Origin: Chthonomonas sp.
GTDB lineage: Bacteria > Armatimonadota > Fimbriimonadia > Fimbriimonadales > Fimbriimonadaceae
Length of the DNA: 64,000 bases
Direction: 5' to 3'
Assembly (NCBI GenBank): GCA_016788585.1
Contig: JAEURP010000007.1
Location: forward strand, 1 to 64,000
Shown piece after piece: positions 28,929 to 38,177 of the stretch; position 1 is the first letter of the stretch; every line of letters begins with the position of its first letter. The notes below the pieces were generated by a model. That model saw only the letters and a list, made by a program, of their open reading frames with translations. It searched no databases and was not told the origin of the DNA. The position numbers and the translations under genes were made by a program.

Positions 28929-30044
28929 TTACTCGTCTACGGCACCGAAATTGGCAATCACCAGATCAATGTCCGCCGCGTCCACTTCGCCACTGAGGTC
29001 GAGATCGGCGAATTCGTTGCCTACGCCAGGAAAGACCTGCCCAAACGAGGCGATGACTTCATCGATGTCGGCGGCATCCACTTCTCCTGAACCGTCGACA
29101 TCGCCATTGGTTAGCGCGACAGTTCCAATATCAATCGACTCTGGCATCACACTAGGCGGCACCGGTACCTGCACCAAGATAGTCTTGTGCAGGAAGGGCT
29201 GCCCGCCAATTCGGATAGAAATAGGGTTTGTAGTACCCGTTGGCAATACGGCTGGAACGGTAAGCCAAAACGCATCTGTCGCCGCCAAGTTGCTCATGCT
29301 AATCGCTTCCGAGGCGAACGTGACGCTTCCCGAAATCGCCGTGACTTGGATGGTACGCCCATGGGCCATGGGCGTGATCACATCGTTCAGCGTGATACGG
29401 CCATGAAAGTCCTGCCCAGGGATACCCAACGACAGAGCGAGATTCCCGTATTCGTAGGCTCCGGGGGGATTGTTGCTGTAGATGAGATCTGAGGCTGCGC
29501 TACTGCGAAAGACGTTCGCATCCGAGGTGCCGCGAGCAACCGTGCCCGGCATGATCCCCATCTCATTGAGCTGGGATACCGTTGCCATGCCATTTCCGTT
29601 GGAATCATTGTCGAGGGCAATGCCAACATAGAACTTCGAGGCAGGTACAGACAAGTCCCCACCGGCCGTGCTGAAGATGGCGTTTTCTGTCGAGTAACCG
29701 GCCATCCGAATAGCATCCCCGGTGAAGGCGGTGGTTCCCAGGTAGGTGCCCAGGGTAGAGCCTGGCCCGTTGGCCTCCCAGAACCGAATCCTCGGGCGAA
29801 AGCTCACATCGGCAAGATTGTAATTGTAAAACGTGGAGGCGATTGCTGTGACTTCGCGACCTGCATAAAGGCTCATCGCCGTAACATCGTCGGCGAGCGT
29901 TTTGGTGATTGGAGTGGTCCCGGATTGGGCAAACGAGGGGTACAAGCAGTCGTCGGCCATGGGCTCAGACTGATAGACCCAATAGGGAGACTGGGCCAGC
30001 CCAATCGCTGGCAACACACACAAGCTCAGTAGAAGCAGTCGCAT
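28929..30044 (-). CDS. Secreted protein with C-terminal dockerin-type repeat (paralogue B)
   Basis: Signal peptide MRLLLLSLCVLPAIGLAQ (ATG 30044; alternative TTG 30086); C-terminal TNGDVDGSGEVDAADIDEVIASFG...DLDLSGEVDAADIDLVIANFGAVDE. Confidence 0.65.
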   Translation of the reverse strand: MRLLLLSLCVLPAIGLAQSPYWVYQSEPMADDCLYPSFAQSGTTPITKTLADDVTAMSLYAGREVTAIASTFYNYNLADVSFRPRIRFWEANGPGSTLGTYLGTTAFTGDAIRMAGYSTENAIFSTAGGDLSVPASKFYVGIALDNDSNGNGMATVSQLNEMGIMPGTVARGTSDANVFRSSAASDLIYSNNPPGAYEYGNLALSLGIPGQDFHGRITLNDVITPMAHGRTIQVTAISGSVTFASEAISMSNLAATDAFWLTVPAVLPTGTTNPISIRIGGQPFLHKTILVQVPVPPSVMPESIDIGTVALTNGDVDGSGEVDAADIDEVIASFGQVFPGVGNEFADLDLSGEVDAADIDLVIANFGAVDE

Positions 30045-30091
30045 CTGAAAAAGGTTCAACGAAATCCTTTGCACCGATCGTGCCAAAGATT

Positions 30092-30117
30092 GGGGGCGTC
30101 ACAGTAATGACGCCCCC
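30092..30117 (-). terminator. Rho-independent terminator candidate after paralogue C (GGGGGCGTCA-loop-TGACGCCCCC, T-stretch on minus strand)
   Basis: Perfect 10-bp stem read directly; followed by AATCTTT on the coding strand. Confidence 0.5.
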
Positions 30118-30174
30118 AAGATCAATTAAGTTCAAGCTGGGGCTAGTCTCAGGACTGAAACCCCAGTTCAAACA

Positions 30175-31344
30175 TCAAACGTCGTCGACAGCGCCGAAGT
30201 TGGCAATAACGATGTCGATATCTGCAGCATCCACTTCACCATTGATGTCGCAGTCGGAATTAGCAGCTGCATCGGTTTCCGCAGAGATCACGGCACCGAA
30301 GTCAGCGATCACCTGATCGATGTCAGCCGCGTCGACTTCACCCGAGCCATCGCAGTCGCCATTTGTCAACGCAACATCGGGAACCACGATTGCAACGGGA
30401 GCATCGTTCGGAGCTGCTGGAATCGTCACGTCGAACTTTCGCTTCAAGAACTGACCGCCGTCCATGGTGATGGTGACGGGGTTTGAGGCGCCAATAGGGA
30501 GGCGAGCTGGGCATCGTATGGCCAATGCACCTACGTTTGGACCTGCAGCAGCATAGGTGAAGATGTAGTAACCGGCAAGAATAACATTGCCGGCAGCAAC
30601 CGTAATGTTAATGGTCTTGGCATAGGCGGGCGAAACTACGTCGTTCATCGTCATGTTGAAGTTGTAGTTTTGCGACATCAGACCAAAGTCCATATCCAAC
30701 GTGTCGCCAGCTGGAAGGAGGCTCTGTACGCCATTTCCTGCTACGATCGCTTGGAACCAGCTACCTGGGGTGTTGGTGGTGTAGATCGCATCGGTGCTCG
30801 GCGCGAAGAACCCCGAGTTAGCAACCGCCTTTCCTAATGCCATTAGGTTGAGGTCTGCATCAGTGGCACCGGTCGTGTTGGCATTGTTGTCATACACCCA
30901 ACCCGCCCAGAACTTTCCGCTCGCTGGAACCAACACGTTGTTGGCGACCGTTGGAGCAAATGCATAGTAGTTGTTGCCGGGAACAAAGGAAATCGCCGCA
31001 AACGAGAAGCCGGGGCCTAAGGTTGCAGGATCGTTAATGCCAGTTGGTCCAACAGTTGTTCCGTCAGCTTGGTGCATGCGGTATCGAGGGCGGCAGCTAA
31101 TCGCCGCGCCACCAGTGTTTACCGTGTTCCAAGCGATATAGCGAATTGGCTGACCTGCCCACATAGGATCGATATTGATGTCGTCGGTGACGTACTTCGT
31201 GATCGGGCCCGCACCAGCAACGGCGCCGCCATTAATGACCGATCCGTTGGTCGCCCCTACAGCGGAAACGTAAAAGACGCCCTGAGCGTGCGCAAGGCTC
31301 CCAATAAGGAGTGCGCCCAAAGCGGTTAGAGTGAGTTTGTTCAT
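30175..31344 (-). CDS. Secreted protein with C-terminal dockerin-type repeat (paralogue C)
   Basis: Signal peptide MNKLTLTALGALLIGSLAHAQ with GAGGA RBS; C-terminal TNGDCDGSGEVDAADIDQVIADFG...DCDINGEVDAADIDIVIANFGAVDDV. Confidence 0.65.
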   Translation of the reverse strand: MNKLTLTALGALLIGSLAHAQGVFYVSAVGATNGSVINGGAVAGAGPITKYVTDDINIDPMWAGQPIRYIAWNTVNTGGAAISCRPRYRMHQADGTTVGPTGINDPATLGPGFSFAAISFVPGNNYYAFAPTVANNVLVPASGKFWAGWVYDNNANTTGATDADLNLMALGKAVANSGFFAPSTDAIYTTNTPGSWFQAIVAGNGVQSLLPAGDTLDMDFGLMSQNYNFNMTMNDVVSPAYAKTINITVAAGNVILAGYYIFTYAAAGPNVGALAIRCPARLPIGASNPVTITMDGGQFLKRKFDVTIPAAPNDAPVAIVVPDVALTNGDCDGSGEVDAADIDQVIADFGAVISAETDAAANSDCDINGEVDAADIDIVIANFGAVDDV

Positions 31345-31483
31345 GGATATCCTCAATTTCTGACAGACTTCGGCGCGCCAGATAGGCCACCGATAGTGAC
31401 CTCTACTATAACTCAAGTTCATCCTAAGTGTATGACAATTCTATGAGGAATTGAGAAGTCCCGGCCAAATACCAGCGAAAACC

Positions 31484-31510
31484 TAAAGCTATTCCACATC
31501 CTGCCGATAA
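31484..31510 (+). promoter_or_regulatory. Sigma-28 (FliA) class promoter: TAAA-N15-GCCGATAA upstream of flagellin
   Basis: Exact match to the consensus with 15-nt spacer, 40 nt upstream of fliC GTG start; RBS GGAGAG. Confidence 0.75.
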
Positions 31511-31550
31511 TCTCACACAGGAAATCACCAGATTTGCTACGGAGAGCAAC

Positions 31551-32972
31551 GTGAGTCTACGGATCAATACAAACATTACGGCCCTCAGCGCGTTGCGCAG
31601 CCTCAACAGCACAACTGAGGCGATGAGCCGACAGATTTCGCGCCTGAGTACGGGCCTGCGAATCAACAATGCCGCCGACGACCCGGCTGGCCTGATCATC
31701 AGCGAAAACCTGCGCACCCAGATGCTCGGTATCGACCAGGCCACCCGCAATGCCCAGGACGCCGTAAACATGGCCAAGACAGCCGAAGCCGCCCTGGAAG
31801 AGGTTCAGACCCTCATCCGCAACATGCGCGGCCTCGCCGTCCACTCGGCGAATACCGCGGTTGTGGACGCCAATATGCTTCAGGCTAACCAAGCGCAGAT
31901 TCGAAACGCCATTCAATCCATCAACCGAATTGCCTCGCAAACCAGTTGGGGCACCCGCCAACTCCTCGATGGCTCCGCCGGCGCCCAGGCCAACGTGACC
32001 AATGGCGCCGCTGTGGGCAGCATTTATATGGGTGGGATGTTCAATGGCGAGTCGGTGGCAACCGGCCCAATCACCATGACCCGGGTGACCGCGGGTGAGC
32101 GCGCCGCCGTCAGCCTCGGCAACACATTCGCCAGCGTTAACGCAATCGTTCCGACCCCGGGCGCTTTCGTCATCAATGGCTTCAGCTTCAGCACAGACGG
32201 TGCAGAGTCGGTCCAATCGCTCCTCGCGAAGATCAACGCCATGTCGAGTTCGACGGGGGTCACCGCGCAGTTCAATGGCGGTTCGATCCAACTGACCGCC
32301 GGCGAGTTTGGCTCTAGGCATGCAGTGAACTTCTTTGATCCCTCGAACATCCTGCACACGGCCAGTAGCGCGACTGATACGGGAGTGGATGCAGTGTTCG
32401 ATGTTTCGATGAACACGGACGCCGGCATTCAAACCGCGACGTTCACCGGCGACGGCCTACGATTGCGCGATGGCTACGGCAACATCATCTTGCTCACGGA
32501 GCAAGGCAATGCCACGGCTGGTGTTCAATCCGTCGGAATGATGACCGCCGGATCGGTTAACTTCCACATCGGAGCAGGTTCAAATCAGTCGGTTGCTTAT
32601 TCGCTGCCCAATGCCTACGCGAACCGCCTCGGCACTGGCGTCATCGCGAACATGGACCTTTCGCAAGTCGATGTGACCACCCAAACGGGCGCACAACAGG
32701 CAATTCAAATCATTGATGCCGCAGTGTCCCAACTCGGTCAATGGCGAGGCGATCTCGGTTCGTTTCAGGTCAACTTCCTTGAGTCAACGATCCGGTCACT
32801 CGGCGTAGTCAAAGAAAACCTAGCCGCCTCCGAGAGCCAAATCCGTGACGCAGACATGGCGATGGAGATGACCAGCTACACGAAGTACCAAATCCTGCAG
32901 CAAAGTGGCATGGCAATGTTGGCTCAAGCGAATCAAGCCCCTACAAATGTTCTGCAACTCCTCCAACAATAG
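31551..32972 (+). CDS. fliC: Flagellin
   Basis: N-terminal LRINTNITALSALRSLN...LSTGLRINNAADDPAGL and C-terminal conserved flagellin D0/D1 segments; GTG start. Confidence 0.9.
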   Translation: MSLRINTNITALSALRSLNSTTEAMSRQISRLSTGLRINNAADDPAGLIISENLRTQMLGIDQATRNAQDAVNMAKTAEAALEEVQTLIRNMRGLAVHSANTAVVDANMLQANQAQIRNAIQSINRIASQTSWGTRQLLDGSAGAQANVTNGAAVGSIYMGGMFNGESVATGPITMTRVTAGERAAVSLGNTFASVNAIVPTPGAFVINGFSFSTDGAESVQSLLAKINAMSSSTGVTAQFNGGSIQLTAGEFGSRHAVNFFDPSNILHTASSATDTGVDAVFDVSMNTDAGIQTATFTGDGLRLRDGYGNIILLTEQGNATAGVQSVGMMTAGSVNFHIGAGSNQSVAYSLPNAYANRLGTGVIANMDLSQVDVTTQTGAQQAIQIIDAAVSQLGQWRGDLGSFQVNFLESTIRSLGVVKENLAASESQIRDADMAMEMTSYTKYQILQQSGMAMLAQANQAPTNVLQLLQQ

Positions 32973-33003
32973 AGAATAGGAAGTCATTCTTCATAAGATC
33001 CTC

Positions 33004-33031
33004 GGCGCGGACCAAGTCCGCGCCATTTTTT
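33004..33031 (+). terminator. Rho-independent terminator after fliC
   Basis: GGCGCGGAC-caag-TCCGCGCC followed by ATTTTTT. Confidence 0.75.
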
Positions 33032-33051
33032 CGTCCCAAGGAGGGTGGACT

Positions 33052-34062
33052 TTAGTCCGCTGACGGCAAGGGCTTCAAGAACTCAAAAATCGAAGGCTGC
33101 TTCCCGTTCACCACAACCTCGGCAATCTTGGTTTCTGCGCCCCAAGGACCACCGTCTCGGCGAGCCCGTCGAATGCTCGGATAGCTAAACCCGGCGATAG
33201 TCTTGTAGCCGCTGTACTCGACCTCAATCCTCGACACTGGGCCGAACCAAATATCCTCAAAGTCGAGGCCGATGATTCGGTTAGCTGAGTCGACGCGAAC
33301 GCGGGTCACGATGTCGCCATCGACCATCGTAAATCCATCGCTCTCCGGCCGAACCGGCTTGCCCCCGCCGCCCACTGCGATGAATAGGGGGTTGCGGTTC
33401 GCCTGGGCGCGAAACTCGCGTCGCTCGCCCGGGTGAACGGCAAAGTTAGCGTTCTTATCGCCTTCCACATAGGTGCCATTTCCAGCAATGAAGTAGGAGA
33501 CTCCGGCGTCCCATTGCTCCCAGTGCGCAAAGCGGTCTAGCCCCCAATAAGCACCTTTGGTCTTCCAAATCTTGGCGGTGCCACTATCGGAGTACGGGGT
33601 CTCGATTGTCCACTCGACCTTTGCACCCTGCTTGCTACCATGGGCGATTAGCATGGCTTTGTGCCTGCGGATCGCTTCGTCTTGTTCGGCCCGAGTGACG
33701 AACGGAACAGGGCGACGCTGCCGGAAGTAACTGGCCTGGTTTGCAAGAAACGTTGTCCGACATCCATCGGATGCAAACAAGTAGATCTTGCCCTCGACCA
33801 CGGCCCAGCGCTCGGGCGAGCCCTTGCCGGTCGTCGCCCCCATCTTGCCGCAAGCGCCGCCATTCTGCACGCCATAGCTATAGGGGTCGCGTTTGAATAG
33901 CTCGAGGTGGTCTTGGCTGGCGAATCGGTAAGTGTGGCGTCCAAGTGTTGAACTGAGTTCGGGTTCGCCCGGTACCTCTCGGCCCTGAATCAGGTCAATT
34001 GGGTCGAGTCCGTTGAGGACGAGTGGAAGTTGAGAGGTGAGGACGAGTGACGTTAATATCAT
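33052..34062 (-). CDS. Hypothetical secreted protein
   Basis: 336 aa with signal peptide MILTSLVLTSQLPLVLNG; no recognisable domain. Confidence 0.45.
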   Translation of the reverse strand: MILTSLVLTSQLPLVLNGLDPIDLIQGREVPGEPELSSTLGRHTYRFASQDHLELFKRDPYSYGVQNGGACGKMGATTGKGSPERWAVVEGKIYLFASDGCRTTFLANQASYFRQRRPVPFVTRAEQDEAIRRHKAMLIAHGSKQGAKVEWTIETPYSDSGTAKIWKTKGAYWGLDRFAHWEQWDAGVSYFIAGNGTYVEGDKNANFAVHPGERREFRAQANRNPLFIAVGGGGKPVRPESDGFTMVDGDIVTRVRVDSANRIIGLDFEDIWFGPVSRIEVEYSGYKTIAGFSYPSIRRARRDGGPWGAETKIAEVVVNGKQPSIFEFLKPLPSAD

Positions 34063-34613
34063 GATTTCTCCATTTCGGCTTTGATAGAGGTGAGAAGCTC
34101 GCCCCAGGCCGAGCGCAGTCCGTCGGCCTCATCGCGAGTTTGAATTCGGTTATGAGTCAAGGTGATTCCGGTCTTGCCGTTCTTCTCGGAAAAGGCAATA
34201 TCAACGTCGGTCGGGGTCGCAATACCATCGGTTTGCCATTTGTAACGAAGGTCTTTCGCCTCACGATCGCGCACCAACTGGCTTTGCGAATCGGCACCAA
34301 CGATGGACTTCAGCCGCTCGTAGACTTCGGCAATTGGCTTTGCGACCGACTTCGTAACGCAGATGTTGTAGCCTTCGGGTCGCCCGTCCTTCTGAACGAT
34401 GCCTTGCGACGCTTCCCATTCGACCCAGATGGTCACCGACCACCAGATGTGGCCCTTGTTCTCTTCGTAAATCCAGTGCAGGGCATCCCGGCGTGTCCCG
34501 GCGAACTCCGGCTTCTGTGCGAGTCGCTGGTTCCATTCTGCTAAAGTCGCTCCGGTCGCAGCCTTGCATTCGGTATCGGTCACAGGATGATCAGATTGAA
34601 GGGTGACTTTCAT
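34059..34613 (-). CDS. Hypothetical protein (possibly SRPBCC/AHSA1-like fold)
   Basis: 184-aa ORF, 4-nt overlaps with both neighbours suggesting operon with tetR-like gene. Confidence 0.35.
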   Translation of the reverse strand: MKVTLQSDHPVTDTECKAATGATLAEWNQRLAQKPEFAGTRRDALHWIYEENKGHIWWSVTIWVEWEASQGIVQKDGRPEGYNICVTKSVAKPIAEVYERLKSIVGADSQSQLVRDREAKDLRYKWQTDGIATPTDVDIAFSEKNGKTGITLTHNRIQTRDEADGLRSAWGELLTSIKAEMEKS

Positions 34614-35266
34614 AGGGTCTTTTCTCCGTCGCTCGCATGTCGAAATCGGCTCGGCTTCGCCCAGTTAGTCCCGTCCTCCACCATGCGGTCGACGTAGTCA
34701 CGCAGGTGAGCGATTGCGTTGTCATAGGGATCGATCGTGCGGTAGGTGCGAGCAAGCATTATCGCCCCTTCCATAACGGACAAAATGTACTCCGAGAGGC
34801 CTGGAATATCGATTTCGGCGGGCAGTCGTCCCGCCGCCAGAGTCAAGTTCCTGGCGACCTCGTCTGTCCATTGAACAAAGTTCTCCTTCAGTAGCTCGCG
34901 CACCCGCGGGTGGCTGTTGGTGACCTCCAGGGCCAAGTTACCAATAGGGCAACCTTGGTCATAAGCGGTCAGAAGAAGCATCTGGCGATAGCCGTCAAGG
35001 ATGCCAAAGACGCGCTCAAGCGGATCGTCAATCCGTTCATACACCGGCTGCAACAGGCCCTCGTAGATGTTGTCGCGATACCACTCCAACACCGCGATGA
35101 GCAAATCTTCTTTGGTAGGGAAGAAGTAGTACAGGCTGCCCGGCCGAACCCCCGCCACTCGCACAATCTCCGCGACGCCCGTCGCGCCGTAGCCCTGCAA
35201 TAAGAAGAGATCCCTTGCTGTTTCGATCAGCAAATCTCTCGTCCCTGTTCCTGTTTCGTTTCCCAT
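34610..35266 (-). CDS. TetR family transcriptional regulator
   Basis: GVAEIVRVAGVRPGSLYYFFPTKEDLL is the TetR N-terminal HTH signature; ATG at 35266 preferred. Confidence 0.85.
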   Translation of the reverse strand: MGNETGTGTRDLLIETARDLFLLQGYGATGVAEIVRVAGVRPGSLYYFFPTKEDLLIAVLEWYRDNIYEGLLQPVYERIDDPLERVFGILDGYRQMLLLTAYDQGCPIGNLALEVTNSHPRVRELLKENFVQWTDEVARNLTLAAGRLPAEIDIPGLSEYILSVMEGAIMLARTYRTIDPYDNAIAHLRDYVDRMVEDGTNWAKPSRFRHASDGEKTL

Positions 35267-35268
35267 GA

Positions 35269-35284
35269 TTGAGCGATCACTCAA
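35269..35284. promoter_or_regulatory. Near-palindromic operator candidate TTGAGCGATCACTCAA immediately upstream of the tetR start codon
   Basis: 14/16 positions self-complementary; position consistent with autoregulation. Confidence 0.4.
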
Positions 35285-35362
35285 CAGTATATCATGGTTT
35301 TTGGTTTTGGGGTTCAGGTCGTTAAACGCCAAATACTCAACCCAGAAACCAAAAGCAGACGC

Positions 35363-36139
35363 TCAATCACATAGTGAATACCAGGTGCCCGTCCAAGCAT
35401 TCGGGTCATTCGAAGCCTCACCAGAGCGCCGGCCTTCCGGGTTTACGCGCTGCTCATCAAACTTTCCCGCGCCGGTCGTCGCCCTCGCGCTGCCGTCGGC
35501 GAAGATCACGGTCCCTCCAATTGAGCTCCAGCGGCGGAAATAGTCGCCTGGAGCAGGGCAGTCGTAGCCGTAACGATCGCATGCGGTTGCTACCACCTGG
35601 CGCGAAAAGAAGGGCATCATCTCTGTGCGCATCATTCGCGTGTTGCTGGGTTCCTCCATGCTTCCCAAGGTCACTGCGCGGTTAAAATCGAGAACGTAGC
35701 CATTCTGAACCGAGTAATTTTGGGCCACTGTAAAGACGCAGCTGGTGAACCGGTAAGAAGTGCCATACGCTTCGAAGTACGACTTCTTGCCGCGAAGCCA
35801 AGCAGGAAGGGTCGACCGGTTTAGGTAAGGGCCCCCCGCGTCGGTTGGACTGCCGAAGATCTGCTTGTTCTTGGCGTAGGGAAGCACCCATACCTCGACA
35901 CCGCGGTGCAATGGCCCCGGAGGATTGATCTCGTCATACGCCGAGAAGATCGGCATGCCGTCGTCATTGTCGCTCGTGTACATCATCGTCGCGATGCCAA
36001 TTTGCCGGCCATTGCTGAGGCAAGCCGTTCGCTTGGCCGCTTCTCTGGCTTGCGCGAAGACAGGGAAGAGAATGGCCGCGAGAATCGCGATGATCGCGAT
36101 CACGACCAGAAGCTCGATAAGGGTGAATGCTCGTTTCAT
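35363..36139 (-). CDS. DUF1559 (H-X9-DG) protein with prepilin-type N-terminal cleavage/methylation domain
   Basis: [29 protein letters not shown]-terminus; C-terminal [12 protein letters not shown] (H-X9-DG-type motif). Confidence 0.8.
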   Translation of the reverse strand: MKRAFTLIELLVVIAIIAILAAILFPVFAQAREAAKRTACLSNGRQIGIATMMYTSDNDDGMPIFSAYDEINPPGPLHRGVEVWVLPYAKNKQIFGSPTDAGGPYLNRSTLPAWLRGKKSYFEAYGTSYRFTSCVFTVAQNYSVQNGYVLDFNRAVTLGSMEEPSNTRMMRTEMMPFFSRQVVATACDRYGYDCPAPGDYFRRWSSIGGTVIFADGSARATTGAGKFDEQRVNPEGRRSGEASNDPNAWTGTWYSLCD

Positions 36140-36329
36140 GGTGATTCAAAGTGAAAGCCACCCACGCTTTACAGCGGAGGTGGCTTGAGATTCTCACCAC
36201 TTCCACAGTGCCTACGCCGGTATGAGCCGGATCAGGTCCTAGGGTCCGCAGATTTCTCTCTGCATCTCAGCCGCCTTCGCGACACCCCTTGCGGATTGCT
36301 TTCAACACTAAGAGTACCTTGCAGAAAGG

Positions 36330-37295
36330 CTACTTCTTGATGAGGGTTTTTTCGACTGCCCGACTGAGCTTGTACAACTTCGGTTGTAGCTTGTCGAGAG
36401 CGCTAATGGGCCAGCGAGGCTTGGCGATTGAAGCATCCGAGTAGTTCACCTTAGCCTTGTTCAGAGGCATTCGCACGGGGCGGTGGTGCGTTCGGAACAA
36501 GTGATCCCAAACGGCCCAACCCCAGAATCCGACCACCGCTTGATTAGTGATCGGTCGCCAGTGGTGCATCAGGTGAAAACCGTAGACGTGTCGCACCAAT
36601 CCGCCCCAGCGGCGGTTTTCCATCGCTGGCTTCCAATAACGATCGAAAGGAAGATGAAGTACGGCATGCCAAAGCTCGTAAGCGGCATAGGCAAATGTCG
36701 CACTGAACAGCATGGCAGCAATGACCGGCTGACCAGGGAAAAACCACTTGATCGGGATCGCAATCAGCCCTACGAAGATCAGGAAGAACGCGCTGATCGC
36801 AAAGGGCGGAAACTGCATGGATTCCTCTTGGTGTTCATGCTCGATCGGGTATTCGCTGTGAACCTCGACAAATTTGTCGGGATCTCTCTTGCTAACTGGC
36901 GCCTTTACATTGGTCAGCCCGTGGTGTTCCGCATGGCAGTGATGCATGATTCCCAAGAAGGGAAGTACGGCTGAGTGAAGTAAGTAGCGATGATAGAGGA
37001 ACTCAAACAAGCTAAGGGGAATGCCGAAGGCGAATGTCCAAGCGACCAGCATCCAGGGCTGCGCAAATTCGCTTCGGAACATATCGGGCCGTAGCCAGTA
37101 AAACAACCCAAGGGCCGCCACGAGTTGGGCGCTAGTTATCCAATAGAATGGGCCGAAATTGAAGCGGCCTGCTGCCAATTCGTGGTCGTGATCGTGCTCG
37201 TGATGATGCTGATGTTCCTCCAGCAATTCCTCAAAAGTAAGGAGATCGGCCTTTTCTTCCTGCTGGCCTGATTTTTGAAGTTCTTCCGTGAGCAC
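36330..37295 (-). CDS. Fatty acid hydroxylase / sterol desaturase superfamily membrane protein
   Basis: Three His boxes (HRYLLH, HHCHAEHHG, HLMHHW) in polytopic membrane protein; His-rich N-terminus HQHHHEHDHDHE. Confidence 0.7.
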   Translation of the reverse strand: MLTEELQKSGQQEEKADLLTFEELLEEHQHHHEHDHDHELAAGRFNFGPFYWITSAQLVAALGLFYWLRPDMFRSEFAQPWMLVAWTFAFGIPLSLFEFLYHRYLLHSAVLPFLGIMHHCHAEHHGLTNVKAPVSKRDPDKFVEVHSEYPIEHEHQEESMQFPPFAISAFFLIFVGLIAIPIKWFFPGQPVIAAMLFSATFAYAAYELWHAVLHLPFDRYWKPAMENRRWGGLVRHVYGFHLMHHWRPITNQAVVGFWGWAVWDHLFRTHHRPVRMPLNKAKVNYSDASIAKPRWPISALDKLQPKLYKLSRAVEKTLIKK

Positions 37296-37331
37296 GTGAG
37301 AAATAACGATACCAGCTTGCGAAAAGCACCG

Positions 37332-38177
37332 TTAGGGCTTGATTTGAAAGTAGTGATCGAGTGCCCTCGCCAGCGAGGGCATTTGCCCAGTTATTGCCGA
37401 AAACTTGCTGGAATCGAGGGCAGAGTAGGCAGGTCGTTTTGCTGGAGTTAGGTACTCGCTGGTCGAAATCGCGCGGCGCGTTCCTTTGGGCTCGGGAAGT
37501 CGTTCGTGGATTCGCATCGAAAGGTCATACCAAGTCATTACCTCGGAGCCGGCTGCATGAAAGATCCCAGGCGGCGGGGAACTTTCGGCCAGCACAATGG
37601 CTGCCTCGGCCAGAAATGGCGCGTAGGTAGGCGTCCCGGTTTGGTCTGAGACAATGGCAAGGTCATCATCCTTGCGAGCGACCATCGTATTCAAGAAGTT
37701 CTTGCCGTGGGGGCCAATGAGCCAACTGGTGCGCAAGATCCAGGCGTAGGCGCCAGAACTCAGCACTGCTTCTTCACCTTGTCGCTTTGACTGGCCGTAG
37801 GCGCCAATCGGGTTGACGGCGTCTTCTTCGGTGTATGGCTTAGTCCCATCGCCGCCAAACACATAGTCAGTGCTGAAGTGCATGAGCTTCACGCCGCTCA
37901 TCGCGCACGCTTGTGCAAGGTAGCCGACGCCTAGTCCGTTCGTCATAAAGGCGGCATCGGGTTCGCTTTCAGCTTTGTCCACCGCTGTGAATGCCGCACA
38001 ATTAATGATGAGGTCGATCTCGCCAAAGTCGCCAGCCATGATTTTTCCACTGCTGACCGGATCAGCGATGTCGAATTCCGGGTGCCCTAAAGCGGTTACC
38101 TGGTGCCCACGGTGTTGCGCATCGGAAACAATTTCTTGGCCCAACATGCCGCCCGCCCCGGTCACCAAGATTCTCAA
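37332..38177 (-). CDS. rfbD: dTDP-4-dehydrorhamnose reductase
   Basis: ILVTGAGGMLG Rossmann start and RmlD-like body; conserved region begins at a TTG at ~38177 (track ORF extends to 38324 through non-conserved sequence). Confidence 0.7.
   Translation of the reverse strand: MRILVTGAGGMLGQEIVSDAQHRGHQVTALGHPEFDIADPVSSGKIMAGDFGEIDLIINCAAFTAVDKAESEPDAAFMTNGLGVGYLAQACAMSGVKLMHFSTDYVFGGDGTKPYTEEDAVNPIGAYGQSKRQGEEAVLSSGAYAWILRTSWLIGPHGKNFLNTMVARKDDDLAIVSDQTGTPTYAPFLAEAAIVLAESSPPPGIFHAAGSEVMTWYDLSMRIHERLPEPKGTRRAISTSEYLTPAKRPAYSALDSSKFSAITGQMPSLARALDHYFQIKP

Noticed and set aside
36140-36329. 190-nt intergenic region with a GCCACC...GGTGGC hairpin, as a possible ncRNA or riboswitch
   Set aside because: No recognisable riboswitch core motifs were found. 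It is most simply the terminator region of the hydroxylase gene plus the promoter of the DUF1559 gene.
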